From positions 6,324,001 through 6,388,000 of the forward strand of contig OZ361256.1 in the NCBI GenBank assembly GCA_977018835.1: a DNA stretch of 64,000 bases, given 5' to 3'. Each line of letters opens with the position of its first letter. Position 1 is the first letter of the stretch. The notes under the pieces are model-generated. The model was not told where the DNA came from and did no database searches. It saw only the letters and a list, made by a program, of their open reading frames with translations. Below are positions 1-11,573 of this stretch, piece after piece. This DNA is from Minutocellus sp. GHC0000111. Taxonomy: Eukaryota. The translations under genes were made by a program, and so were the position numbers.

Positions 1-1152
1 CTTCTTGGCTTGATGCTGACTGACGATGGCATCGACGTCGAGGGAGGCGAACACATCGTCATCAAAGGCGTCGTTGCCACCTCCCATTCCACTCCCATGG
101 TTGCCCCCATCGTTCGCAGACTCGGTGTGCCAATTCAGAGTCGACGGGGCGAATGTAGGAGGTGGAGCGGACGAAAAAGTTGCCGAGGAGGTCTTTCCAC
201 TGGTGGCCAGAGCACTGCCACCACCTGCGCCCCCTGCACCAGCACTGCCAGCACTGCCACCGATACTGCCGTAATCGAACTGGATCGGGCCGGTGTCATA
301 CTCGTCGTCATCTCCAATCTCAATGACGCCGTCGTCATTACCAGTATTGCTCTTGGCACCGCCGTTAGCGCTGCTGCTGCTGCTGCCCATCAGCAAGGCC
401 CTGCATCGATCCCGGTCCTTCTTGTGTCGAACATTTCCCTCGGTCCCACTGCCACCGAGGTTATTGTTGTTGCCACTGCTGCTGTAGGGATTCCTCGGAC
501 TCGTCACGGTTGCACCAGCAGTGCTGGAAGAGCTGGAAGTTGCGATCGGAGCTGCTGCTGCACTGGCCGGCTGGCCGCCACCACCAACTCCCGCCGCAGC
601 AGGAGCCGTCGAAGCTGCCACATCTGGCGCCGCCGCCGCATTGTGCTGTTGCTGGGGTTGGGGCTGTTGCTGGGGCTGAGGCTGTCCAGTAGTAGCAGGA
701 GGCGCCTGCGGTGGCGTCGGCGGCGGGCGGTCCGGCAGCTTCTCCCCTCTTTGGTACGCACCCGCCGACCGCTCCACCTCCTGCCGGACCTGCGCCAGGC
801 TGGTAACGATGGAGCCACTCCGAGACGATCGGCCGCGATTGTTCGGTCTGCCAGCGCCACTCCCACCGTCGGCGGCGGTGTGGAAGGTGTACCGTCTCGA
901 AACGGAACCACTGGTCGACGATTGCTGGCCCGCCGCCGCTGCCGCTGCTCCTGCAGTTCCTTCGGCATTGCTGCTGCTGTTGCTGCCGCGTTCGGCCCAC
1001 AGCTTCTCGGCCAGAGAGGACAAACCGTCGGACTGGATGGCGTACTCGAACCCGGCATACCGCTCGGCGATGGCGGCGGTATTGGTGGCGGTGCTGCTGC
1101 CGTTGGTGCCGCCGGCCTGCCGCTGGACGGTCGAGAGGTTGGTCTGCGTCAT
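1..1152 (-). CDS. Hypothetical protein, low-complexity (G/S/A/Q-rich) N-terminal part; runs off the left edge of the window
   Basis: Frame read manually from ATG at 1152 (MTQTNLSTVQRQAGG...DAFDDDVFASLDVDAIVSQHQAKK); absent from the ORF track because it has no stop inside the window; AT-rich leader upstream. Confidence 0.55.
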   Translation of the reverse strand, partial: MTQTNLSTVQRQAGGTNGSSTATNTAAIAERYAGFEYAIQSDGLSSLAEKLWAERGSNSSSNAEGTAGAAAAAAGQQSSTSGSVSRRYTFHTAADGGSGAGRPNNRGRSSRSGSIVTSLAQVRQEVERSAGAYQRGEKLPDRPPPTPPQAPPATTGQPQPQQQPQPQQQHNAAAAPDVAASTAPAAAGVGGGGQPASAAAAPIATSSSSSTAGATVTSPRNPYSSSGNNNNLGGSGTEGNVRHKKDRDRCRALLMGSSSSSANGGAKSNTGNDDGVIEIGDDDEYDTGPIQFDYGSIGGSAGSAGAGGAGGGSALATSGKTSSATFSSAPPPTFAPSTLNWHTESANDGGNHGSGMGGGNDAFDDDVFASLDVDAIVSQHQAKK

Positions 1153-1587
1153 TTCTCTCAATCAAGCAAAAATAATTCCCTCACTTCAAAACCTTTTTCT
1201 ATTTTGTTCGTGCAGCGGCGTTAGGCAAGAATAAAAGACCAGGCGCCGCAGCTACCAGACACCAGCTGCGATGATAACGCCTCTGCGCTCCTTGACTGCA
1301 CTGGAGAGCGCAGCAGCGAGCCGGCGGTGCGGGGGACCGATCGATACGATGGCCCTGTCCAAGACGCAAGGTCAGGTTTGAGTTTGAACGCGGTCCGAGT
1401 CGGTCCGGGGGCAAGATCGCGCCTGCCGGCTAATAAATGACGCAGAAACAACGACACAGAAACTCTTGAAACATAAACCGAGAGGCTGGGATGCATGCTG
1501 AACAGCCACAGCCAAATGGCCTACATACAGGCAATCTCAGCAGATCTAAATCTACTGGTAAAGGAATTCCTACGACGTACTTTATGC

Positions 1588-4177
1588 TCACATAACAACA
1601 CAACAGACAACGCCAGGAGGACATCCCAGTGCACCAGCAAGTCCCCCAGCGCTTCCTCCGACAGCACCTGCAGCCGGGGTGTTATGGCCACCACCACCAC
1701 CGCCACCCTCTTGAGCATCTCCGCCGTCATCGGGCGCATACCCTAGTTTCACCACTTCCACCAGCTTGGTTAGGGTCGTGTCTTCACGGAACAGATACTC
1801 GTCCGAAAGCTTCGTGGCATACTCCTGCTCCAGCATGCCCTTGAACTGAGATATTGATAGACTATCCAGCATTGTGATGAGCGCTGCCGACTTGTCCACC
1901 ATATCCGGTGACATGGAACCCAGACGATATACATCCTCCAGCAGCTTCTTAAGGATCGCCTGCTTGTCCATGTTGCGTATCGTCTCTGGATCAACGGACT
2001 TTGCTGCTGCAGTGGGGGGAGCTGCAGTCGCTGAAGTAGGAGCATTGCTCGTACCAGACTACGACTCGGCACCGAAGGAAGGTGTCGCACTGGCCTCGAC
2101 CCGAAAGGATTTCCTATACACGGCATCCAAAGTTCCTCCAACGTAGGCCTTTCGGCACCACGAGCGAGCAATTTTACCGCTCGTCGTTTTGGGGATCGTC
2201 CTCGGCCGAAGCAGAACAATGTGCGCCACTCCGAGGGAATGTTCCTGATTGATCGCAGCCCGAATTTGGTTCGCAATCGGGCCACATATAGCCTCAGCAT
2301 CCTGCAGGGAGTCAGAGTGGCACAAATAAAATGATAATTGAAAAGATTTAGCAATAAGTGAAATCCACAAAATTGAAATGAAAATCATGATCGAAAAGAT
2401 TCTTTCAGAGACTCATTAGTCAAGCATGTGTGTATCTTACCTTTGCATTCGGAGCTTCACGTAGCTCAGCGACCAGGGCAACATCATCTCCACTGGCACC
2501 GACAGGATCCACCGAGAAAGCCGCGATACATCCAGGGCGTAATGAATCAACAACCGACTGAGCTGATGCCTCGATATCTTGAGGATAGTAGTTCCTACCG
2601 CCAACAATGATGAGATCCTTGATTCGACCACAAATAAAGAGCTCGCCATGATGGAGAAAGCCAACATCTCCGGTACGCAAATATCCAAAAGATGGATCAT
2701 CGCTCGTGATTCCCTTATCACCGTCTCCAAGCGAAGCTCGAAAGGCCTCCCTGGTCTGTTCAGCATTGTTCCAGTACCCTGCCGCCATACTTGGCGAACG
2801 TATCCATATTTCACCGACTACATCCTCTCCGACATCTTTGCAATTTGATTCGTCAGAAGCATTGGCACTTTCTGTCTCATTTGCATCGGTCTGAACTATT
2901 CGGACATCAACACCTTGGTTGCCGGGATATCCACATCCAATAAGGGTGGTTGTTGCATCATCATCTCCATCATTCTCATCTGAAGGCGCAGCCAACTTGA
3001 CCACGCCATCAACTTCTAATTCTTTCTTAAACACGTTGAGTCTCTGCTTACCACCGGAACAGACAAATACGGTGTGCTCAGCAAGTCCATACGTTGGAAA
3101 TATTACCCGGTGGTCAAATCCAAAAGGACCAAACGTATCCAGAAACGAGTCGATACTGTCCGCTGTCACAGGTTCAGCACCATTGATTACATGCCGCACC
3201 GAAGAGAAATCTAGCTTTGATGATGCTGCCTCCGACGACGAGCCAAATTTTCTTGATGTCAGTTTGAACGCAAAGTTGGGAGCCTGTAGGTGCGTGCCAT
3301 TGTATTTTGATACGGCCTCCATCCAAATCATTGGCCGTTGCAAGAAGGATAGGGGAGACATGTAGTATCCCGATCCACCGCAATATAAAATACCGAGGTA
3401 CGAACCAATCAAACCCATGTCATGGTATTGTGGAAGCCATGAAACCACGACTGTGTCCTCGCCGGCTTGCAACTCATTGGTGATGATGGAAAGATTGTGC
3501 GATAGATTGCCATGGGTGATCATGACTCCCTTGGGATCGGACGTCGATCCCGAGGTGTACTGAAAAAATGCCAAATCTGATGCCAAGGGCGTTTCGAATG
3601 TGCCAGCATCATCTTTCTTCCCACCTCCTAGCGACTTATCATCCGTTACAATCCACTGCAACTGATCGGGCAACTTGGCGTCGTCCTTGCCACCCGCCGA
3701 TCGTTTCAATTTGCCAAAATTGTCCTTGATGCTGCCCAATTTCTTCATATGGTTGTAAGTCTTGCTCGTCAGGGCAATGCGAGCCCCACATCCCTTGACG
3801 ATGCGAGTGAAGGCCACCAACGTATCCTTCCGGGCCGGGTGAGGCGGGAAGACGGGGACGGCCACGACGCCACATTTCAGACAGGCGACGAAGGCAACCA
3901 TAAAGTCCAGGGAGGGCGGGTAGACCAGTACCGACACATCACCCTTCTTCAGTCCAACTCCTCCTGTACTCGTCGCTGCCGACCCCACCAGTGACGAGGC
4001 CACCCGATCCGTCTCGTCTGCCAGCTGACGGTAGGTGAGGGTTCGTTCCACCTTGCCACCGTTCGGCCCACTTCCAAGGAAGGTAAATGCGATCTTATCG
4101 GGAGTGCTCTGGGCGTGGCTTGCCAATCGGCCGAGAAGGCTCGCGGGGTCAGTGGAATTGGTGGTGCCGGCAGTCAT
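1588..4177 (-). CDS. Fatty acyl-AMP ligase (FAAL)-like adenylation domain fused to an acyl-carrier (PP-binding) domain, C-terminal CaaX; one in-frame TAG at 2059-2061
   Basis: Motifs QYTSGSTSDPKG, SWLPQYHDMGLIG, YGLAE, LRTGD, GRNYYPQDIE, IPKTTSGK; GT-AG intron 2302-2440; ACP motif LDSL; ends CCVVM. Confidence 0.85.
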
Positions 4178-4849
4178 GGTGATGCAATCTACTGAGCTGC
4201 GGCAGCAGCAAACGTACCAGCTTGTGGTCCTCCTTGATGGTATCGGCACTTTTTGTGCGTGTGGCGGGCCCGTGTTGTGACCATTCTGTGATCAAAACAA
4301 TCTGCAATCATTTTCTGTTGACGGTCAGACCATGTCGGCAGATTTCGCTCCCGTCTGGCAGATGTGTCACTCTGACGTGGTGCAATTCTGCCGTTACCTT
4401 TTGCCGGCAGATTTCTCATGACCAAACTGCTCACAGCCGTTCATTTTTGCCAGTCAAAATTCGTGTCTGGAATTGTCGTTGCACTCAGAATGAGATGCTG
4501 CGACCTTTGTTGGCTTGCTTGCTGCTGTGATCTTGCACCGAGCATTGGCGACAGGGCGCAAAGCAGATTCATTTTGTTCAGGTCTCTGTGTCGGTAAATG
4601 TTCTCAAACCTCTGTCGAAAACAGTTGCAAACACTAGGCAATTTTTTCTGTTGTGCATTGTGTTCGGCGACCGCTCAACTGCCGTTTGGCGACAGCCTTT
4701 TGCAACCAGCCACGAAGACGAGCATTGACTCATCCACCACGGCCACGACCGATCAGCCCTTTGAGATCATTTTCGCACCGCCAGTTCGTCTCACAAATCG
4801 CCATCGATCCGATCCCAAAGCTTCGACATTGCTCTCCCCCCTCCTCGTC

Positions 4850-5359
4850 ATGTCTCCTCCAAGCAGCACTTCCGTTCCTTCGTCTTCTGCCTTTGGCCTC
4901 TCCTCCGAGCCCAGCAGTGCCTCTTCGTCTCTCAGCGTCGCTTTTCGTCGCAAGAAGTCGTCCTCTCGCGATTCTCGTCGTGCCAAGGGCAAGCCATCCT
5001 CCCGCGACTCTCGTCGTGCCGAGGGCAAGCCATCCTCCCGCGATTCTCGTCGTGCCAAGGACAAGTCTAAGGTCCGAGGTAACGGCAGTGGCAAGCGTCG
5101 CCAAGGTGAGGGTGGCAGCAAGGGTCGCGGCATCGCTTCCGAGGCCCACCTTGTAGGCAAGCGCCGTCACGCCCGTTCTTCCAAGGGCGATGGACACCAC
5201 CTCCACTCGAAGGGCAAGGACCGGACCGTCGCCGTCGCCCTGCCAAGGACGCAGTTCGCCGCCCAAAGAAGCACTGCTACGACACAGCACCTCTGTGAGG
5301 CCCCAGGAGAGAGAATCACAGAACAACACCTGGGAAACAAGGGCGGCGGATGCAAGTGA
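4850..5359 (+). CDS. Ser/Arg/Lys-rich basic hypothetical ORF inside the TIR element
   Basis: ATG at 4850 (MSPPSSTS...), in-frame 12-aa repeats KPSSRDSRRAxG; no recognisable domain. Confidence 0.4.
   Translation: MSPPSSTSVPSSSAFGLSSEPSSASSSLSVAFRRKKSSSRDSRRAKGKPSSRDSRRAEGKPSSRDSRRAKDKSKVRGNGSGKRRQGEGGSKGRGIASEAHLVGKRRHARSSKGDGHHLHSKGKDRTVAVALPRTQFAAQRSTATTQHLCEAPGERITEQHLGNKGGGCK
4955..5062 (+). repeat. 3 x 36-bp tandem repeat
   Basis: Units starting at 4955, 4991, 5027 (aagccatcctcccgcgattctcgtcgtgccaagggc consensus). Confidence 0.9.
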
Positions 5360-6017
5360 CAAAAAAGCACGAATGATGTGCAAAAAATGAACAGCACGAA
5401 AAGGTGCACAACAGTTGTGCCGGGAACATCAGCATGGCCGACCCAGCGATCCATCGTGGCACGAAGACAATGTGAGGCAGTGGCCACAAGTGAACATGAG
5501 GCCGACAGCAGACACGGTGCCGTGTCTGCTGTCAGGTGACACCCTTCTGTGTGGCGGGCTAGCGGCGCTGTGCTAAAGGTGCCGTCGGAGGAAACGGAGA
5601 CGCAAACAGCGCAAAACCGCCAAGACAGATGTGCAAAGAACAGCGCATGTGATGCGCTTGCGCCCTTGTTTGGTGAAAGGGCGACGCAGGATAAGTGTAA
5701 TCGTGGAGCACGGCAGCACAGAACTCTGCCAGCAAAAAGTCGAAGGCAAGCAGAAATCATGGCAGATTGGGCGTCGTTCGCGCACCGTCTGTCACAGACG
5801 GCGTACGCAAATCTGTACCTGGTCCCGTTTGCTGGCAGATTGTTTTGATCGCAGATTGGTCACAACACCCGCCAAGCCCAAAAACCCGGAGTTCATGTCG
5901 CTGATGCGCTTTTGCTGGTGGCCGCTCGCTCATTCAATCAAAGTCAGCCTTTGCCGAAACTGGTGAGAGAGTACCACTACGAGCTGCTGCCTTCGTCGCA
6001 TGCAGCGCTATTGAGAG

Positions 6018-6032
6018 TTAGGGTTAGGGTTA
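6018..6032 (+). repeat. Short interstitial telomere-like repeat (TTAGGG)2TTA
   Basis: ttagggttagggtta directly abutting the start of acyl-CoA oxidase homology. Confidence 0.6.
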
Positions 6033-7619
6033 CTGACGTCGAATAAGTTTTGGCCCGGTACGCTGGGTCGGACGGCTAATCATGCCATGGTCATTGCACA
6101 GCTGATCGACGGTGATGGTAAGCACGGAGGCATTCACAACTTCCTCGTTCCGCTCCGTTCGATGGATGATCACACCCTCCTCCCTGGTGTCATTACCGGC
6201 GATATTGGACCCAAAATTGGACTCAACAACTACGACAACGGCTTTGCCCGCTTTGACAACGTCAAGATCCCCCGGCGGAACATGGCGATGCGATTCGCCA
6301 AGGTCGACGAGCAAGGCAAGTACACCAAGATCAGCATGTCCGATGCTACCAGCAAAATATCGTACATTACCATGATGCTCGTTAGGGCTTACATCGTCAA
6401 TGAGGCTGGTAAGAACCTGGCTCAAGCCTGTACCGTATCGATCCGCTACTCGGCCGTCCGTCGTCAGGGATTTGATGAGTCCAACAAGCGAGAACTGCAG
6501 ATCTTGGACTACAGGCAGCAGCAACATAGACTCTTGCCTCATCTTGCCGAATCCTACTGCTTCTTCTTTACAGGGAAGAAGCTGCTCGAGCACTTGTTTT
6601 CCATAGAGAATCGCATCGTTTCAGGTTCGGACAATGTTCTCAAGACGGAGGTGGCCGACCTTCATGCATCGTCTTCAGCCCTGAAATCGTTCACGACAAC
6701 GGTTGCCGCGGATGGCATCGAAGATTGCCGCAAGGCGTGTGGTGGTCATGGCTTCCTCCAAGCGTCGGGTCTTCCAGAATTGGCATGCACATATCTACAG
6801 AACCCAACTGTCGAGGGGGACAACCAAATGCTTCCTCAGCAGGTGGTAAAGGTACTGTTCAAACTTGTGAACGCCGTTCAAAGTGGTGATGCCGATGCCA
6901 TTGATCAATACAAGCGTTGCGATTCTCGTTACTTGATCCCTTCACTGAAATCTATCCTCAGTGGCGATAACGCGGAGGAATGCAGGGCCACAAACAAAGA
7001 AACGATGATGGATCTTGCAACTCTCCTCGCGGCCTATCGGCACCGTGCGGCCCGTCTTTTGGTGGGCGTTGCCGCGCAGATCCAGGGGGCAGTATCAGAA
7101 GGTGTAGCCATGCAAAAGGCGTGGAATGATGCCCTCATCCAAATGGCACGTGTATCGAGAGCTCATGCCATGTATCTGCTGCTGGAGAACTTTGCCACCA
7201 GCCTCGATGATGAGCGGCAGTCCAAGCCAGGTAGCCAACTCGGTCCGAAGGAAATCGAGGTGATGACGGACCTTGCTCGTCTCTTTGGATTGTATTGGCT
7301 GGAGCGAGAGATTGGTGATTTCCTTGAAGACGGATACCTAAGCTCAGAGCAAGCGAACATGGTGCGCTCTGGTGTGCTCACGATGCTGGACAAGATCAGG
7401 CCCAACGCAGTAGCATTGGTCGATGCCAGAGATTTCTCTGACTTTCGTCTCAAGTCTGCTCTCGGGCGGTATGATGGCAATGTTTATCCTGAAATCATGA
7501 AGACTGCGAAGAAAGATCCACTGAACCAAACAGAGCCCGGTCCTGGTTATGCGGAACATCTGAAGAGACTCATCGTCGGTGGCGTTGGTGCCTATACTGG
7601 CACTCAGTCGAGACTTTAA
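6033..7619 (+). pseudogene. ACOX: Peroxisomal acyl-CoA oxidase, 5'-truncated
   Basis: LTSNKFWPGTLGRTANHA, GDIGPK, IRYSAVRRQ, CRKACGGHG, TVEGDN, SALGRYDGNVY; PTS1 -SRL; N-terminal domain not found upstream. Confidence 0.85.
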
Positions 7620-7930
7620 ATTAATAGAAAGTGAGTAGATCTAAAGCACTGCCTACAGGTACATGTACGGGTTTAGTAGATCTCGAATCTTGCTCGAATC
7701 TTGATTGCTTTTGTTGTCGGTTCGAGCTTTCCCCTGAAATGCTTCTGCATACCCCCGTCGCTACTCTTGCCACGCATTGAAGCCGCGAAAATGAAATCCA
7801 AAGCAGGCCAAAAATGATCACAACCGCAAACTGATCGGCGCTGCTGCGCGGTCACCGCGGAAATCAATCGATACAGCGAAGAGAGAGAGGCGGCGGATAG
7901 CAGTGGGAGACGTTAGACATAGGCAACAGC

Positions 7931-10005
7931 ATGTCTGATCCACGCATCGCTCCTCCTCACCAGCAGAACACGACGATGAAGCCAGGAACAGGTTCCGTTC
8001 TCGCTCCGCTGCGACTTCTTCCCAGCCGACGGCACTGCGCCGAGCATCATACATCCGAGTGGCTGACCTTGTCAAACCTTTCAATGTCGACGAAGAGAAG
8101 CTGAAGGACGAACTCGATAAGTTGAACGACCCAGATGCCAAGGATGCACCCGCAAAGTTGTCGGCGGGCGATGAAGGATCTGACGATGGCGTCGCCTCTG
8201 GGAAAGAAAAAAATGCCACCGAGGTAGAAGCAGGGTCGGAGGGGTCAGATACTAGTACGCCCGAAAATGTGCCAGAAATATCTGATGCATCTGCAGCCCT
8301 CTCCAAACTCCAACTAGGAAGTTCGAAGGAGAATGTTTCTGTCGAGCAATTCCAGCAGCGTGCGAAGACATTCCGGAAAAAGCTACAACCGCCCAGCAGT
8401 GGCTACAATCTTTGCTTGTAAGTGAAAAGTCCAAGTCTGGAACACTCCCTAGTCTAGTAGAGCACAAGTGCCATAGAAGAGTTGCAAAGTGGTATGGGAT
8501 TCAGCTGCTTTGATACTGAACGTGCATTTCTTCTCCTTCTAATCTCATCTTTCTTTCTTTTCTAACTTTCTTACATATTTGGATAAAGCTGGTGGGATCT
8601 GTTGATGTCGTTGTTGATAAACTCCGAGTTGATCGATCAAGGGTCCGCCTTGCAGAAGTCATGGTAGGTGATGAGTCTGGCTGTGCCTACCTCCGCGCGA
8701 GAGACAATCAGATTGATATATTGAAAGAAATATCCGACCGTAAAGGTGCAGTTGTCCTAAGAAACACAACGATCGAGGTGTTCCAAGGTCGGTTTCTGCG
8801 ACTTGCCATTACCAAGTGGGGAAAAATCTCTTCGTTTCCGGATCAAGTTGCCAGCACTCCCTCCCCGCCAAAGGCCATCAACGAATCTTTGAATTATTCG
8901 GCTGTCAATTTGAGTCTAATCGTCAAAGAGATTTCAGTCCCCTCGTCTCCAGAAGGTGGCGAAGATGACGATTCTCCGTCCTCCACATCGCATCAGAAGC
9001 TTTCAATGGGTGAGAGCAGTCGATATCGTAAACCAAGTTTCGATGACTCTCGTTCTTCTCGATCCTACACCTCTGGTGCGTCCAGGTCCAAGGGACGCAG
9101 GGGACCGCGGAAGCAGAACCAGCAGTATCAATACCACCGGACTCATGGAGGAAAATCTGGCGTTGTCCACCCACAAGGCAGCCCAACGAGCCAGCCATAT
9201 CCTGCCCAATATCCAGGCGTTTACGCTGCTATTCCAATCCAGGACATGTCATCGTTTCCGACAGCCATGTATTCTCATACCGCCAGCCAAGGTGGGTCTC
9301 CCGAGTTACCACAGTATGCTTATCCAGCGCAAAAGGCCGGTCAAGGTCTAACTGCACACGAAGCAGAGCACCATCGTAAGCACCAGGCTCTGATAGCACA
9401 ACAGTATGAGCTTCAACAAAGACACCATTATCAGCAAATGCAGCTCTTCCAACAGCAACAGGAGAATCACCAACGATTACTGCAAGCACAGCAACAGCAA
9501 TTTTCGTCACCGAGATTATCATCAGGAACGAGAAAAGGGAGATGCAACATTGATGCCGCCCTCCTCTTTGCCTCCAAGTGCCTTTCCCCCGATGGAGGGG
9601 TCGCCGACCCGGACCATGCCAATGTTCGAACAAGGTGTACCTCCTCATGCTACACCGGTTTCGCCTCCCACATGGCCAGGTGCTCACGATCAGACGCCTC
9701 CTACGTCGCCGATGAATCCTCGCGCAAGAACGTTTGCACCTACACACGACCAGATCCAATCGCCTCAGATTCCTTACGCGATGTACGATCCTTCACTGCA
9801 ACACCACGCCCCTGGAACATCATCGACCACGGCAGTCGCTGCAGCTGCGTACGCTTCTCCATTGAGTAATCATCAGCTCTATTCTCAAATAGCAGCCACG
9901 GTGCCACCATACATGCCGCCAATGCAGGATGGCTCTCCTCCGGACGAATCTCAGCAATACAACCCTCATCATTCTCACGGCGGTGGACCACCGAAGTCAA
10001 AATGA
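7931..10005 (+). CDS. OB-fold nucleic-acid-binding protein with Q/P-rich tail (frameshifted as assembled)
   Basis: VRLAEVMVGDESGCAYLRARDNQID...VVLRNTTIEVFQGRFLRLAITKWGKI is OB-fold-like; intron from 8418 (acceptor near 8581 unclear); 1-bp frameshifts near 7940 and 9535. Confidence 0.65.
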
Positions 10006-10664
10006 AACAATGAATTATGAATTTACAGTGTATTAAAATGAATGTCTAGGGGTACTTGTTGACTAGAAGCTATACATTTAGATAAACCTACCTTGCACAT
10101 GCTTCCTAATGATATGGTGGCGACTTTTCACTGGCTTCTTCTTTTTGGACACCCATTCCAACCTGGCACCCATTCGAGATGAAGTGGGATACCTTCGATG
10201 TAAAAGGTAAACGCGGGCATTATCGCGCCAGGCATTGATGAAATATTAGTCTAACTCCTTGATCCTCTTTAACATTACATTTATACATATACTTTGCAAT
10301 TCATTACTGTGATAGCTCCCGCCGTGATCTACATCCCTAACTATGAATCCTACGTAGCAGCGAATGGTCTGGCTGAATCTCCTCATATTACAAGGAATGC
10401 ATTCCTGGGACTATACTACTAGTGCCTTTGTATGAAATGTATTCAACGCTATTATTTATTGTTGTTAATTTACACTTGCGCAAGGTGCAAGGAAAGGGAA
10501 AAGACGTCTCCTTTGTTCCAGCTGAAATCGGTAGATGCGGAGCGATTAATGATCATCCTCCAAATCTCCCATTGCTGCGTTCGTATCGAATATTCGTCTC
10601 CAACCACGGCATCAGATATATAAGAGAGAGAACCCTCTGGGCACGTAGCTATGCAGCCACGCAC

Positions 10665-11246
10665 TTAGGGAATGTCATCAACAATCCGATCAGGAACGTA
10701 CACGGTCATACCGTCCATCTCCTTGGTCAGGGTGATGCACGAGGCAAGTCGGCTCTCGCGGAAGATCTCATCGTCATCCCAGTAGTGGCTGAGCATGCGC
10801 ATCTCGATGTGGTCGATGGGCTTGGCGGTGTCGGCGCCATTGCCGACGAGGAGGACATGGTCAAAGCCAGAGGTCGGACCCTCCCCGTAGAGGGGCTCCT
10901 CCCACGTGCTGGAGCGGATGGCCGAAACGGCACCACCAACGCTGGCGGGACCGAGCTCAATCCCATGCAGCTCGCTGATGTCGTGCAGGTTCTTTCCGAC
11001 AATACCGGGAACGACTCGACGGGCACCGGACGGGTCGACGAAGGTGAGCTTAATCATGACGTCCTTGACGGACGGCATGGAGGAGTCGTCGGCAGTCGAG
11101 GGGGCCGGAGCGGTGGTGGTGCTCATCGGTCTGGACACGGATACCGCCGACAACGGTGCCGACACCTGCGCCGACCGAACGGAGCGGCCCACCCCGGCGG
11201 CTGCCTGGGGCATCAGACGCTTCGAAACAAGACGGATAGCGTTCAT
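10665..11246 (-). CDS. Mitochondrial atypical ferredoxin-like protein (complex I-associated ferredoxin type, lacks most 2Fe-2S cysteines)
   Basis: Arg/Ser/Ala-rich presequence; LTFVDPSGARRVVPG, ESRLASCITLTKEMDGMTVYVP; only one Cys. Confidence 0.8.
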   Translation of the reverse strand: MNAIRLVSKRLMPQAAAGVGRSVRSAQVSAPLSAVSVSRPMSTTTAPAPSTADDSSMPSVKDVMIKLTFVDPSGARRVVPGIVGKNLHDISELHGIELGPASVGGAVSAIRSSTWEEPLYGEGPTSGFDHVLLVGNGADTAKPIDHIEMRMLSHYWDDDEIFRESRLASCITLTKEMDGMTVYVPDRIVDDIP

Positions 11247-11573
11247 TTCCTCTCTTTATCTCCGCTACCCTGCTCGCTCGCTGGTTAGGCTACATGTTCT
11301 ATTCTTCCGACGGTACAGCGAGCGACGGACGACGGCCAAAAGCTCTCCGATTTCTACATGGATCTGTTCGACGCAAGATGACGCAAAAGAGAAAGTTTAG
11401 CAGAGGTTGGTACTAGTACCTGTCGTACAGACTGTTACCGCAAACTCGTCGTAAGGATTATTCCTACATTGTATGTACTCTAGAGCTAGAGATAGTCCAC
11501 ATCTATTACCGATAGATGCGTAGGAAGCGGTAGGTTCATCCAATGTGTGGCGGTGGTCTATGTTAGCCCCTTT

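Larger units (their letters stand above)
4272..5868. mobile_element. Non-autonomous TIR DNA element (~1.6 kb), family unassigned
   Basis: 34-bp inverted termini GTGTTGTGACCA(T/A)TCTG(T/C)GATCAAAACAATCTGC (32/34) at 4272-4305 and 5835-5868; repeated GCAGAT motif near both ends; strongly TpA-depleted; no clear TSD. Confidence 0.7.

Noticed and set aside
10..1224. 404-aa plus-strand ORF
   Set aside because: Antisense shadow of the GC-rich minus-strand gene starting at 1152.
1588..7619. FAAL-ACP plus ACOX as a lipid gene cluster
   Set aside because: ACOX is decapitated and separated by a TE and a break junction, so adjacency is probably secondary.
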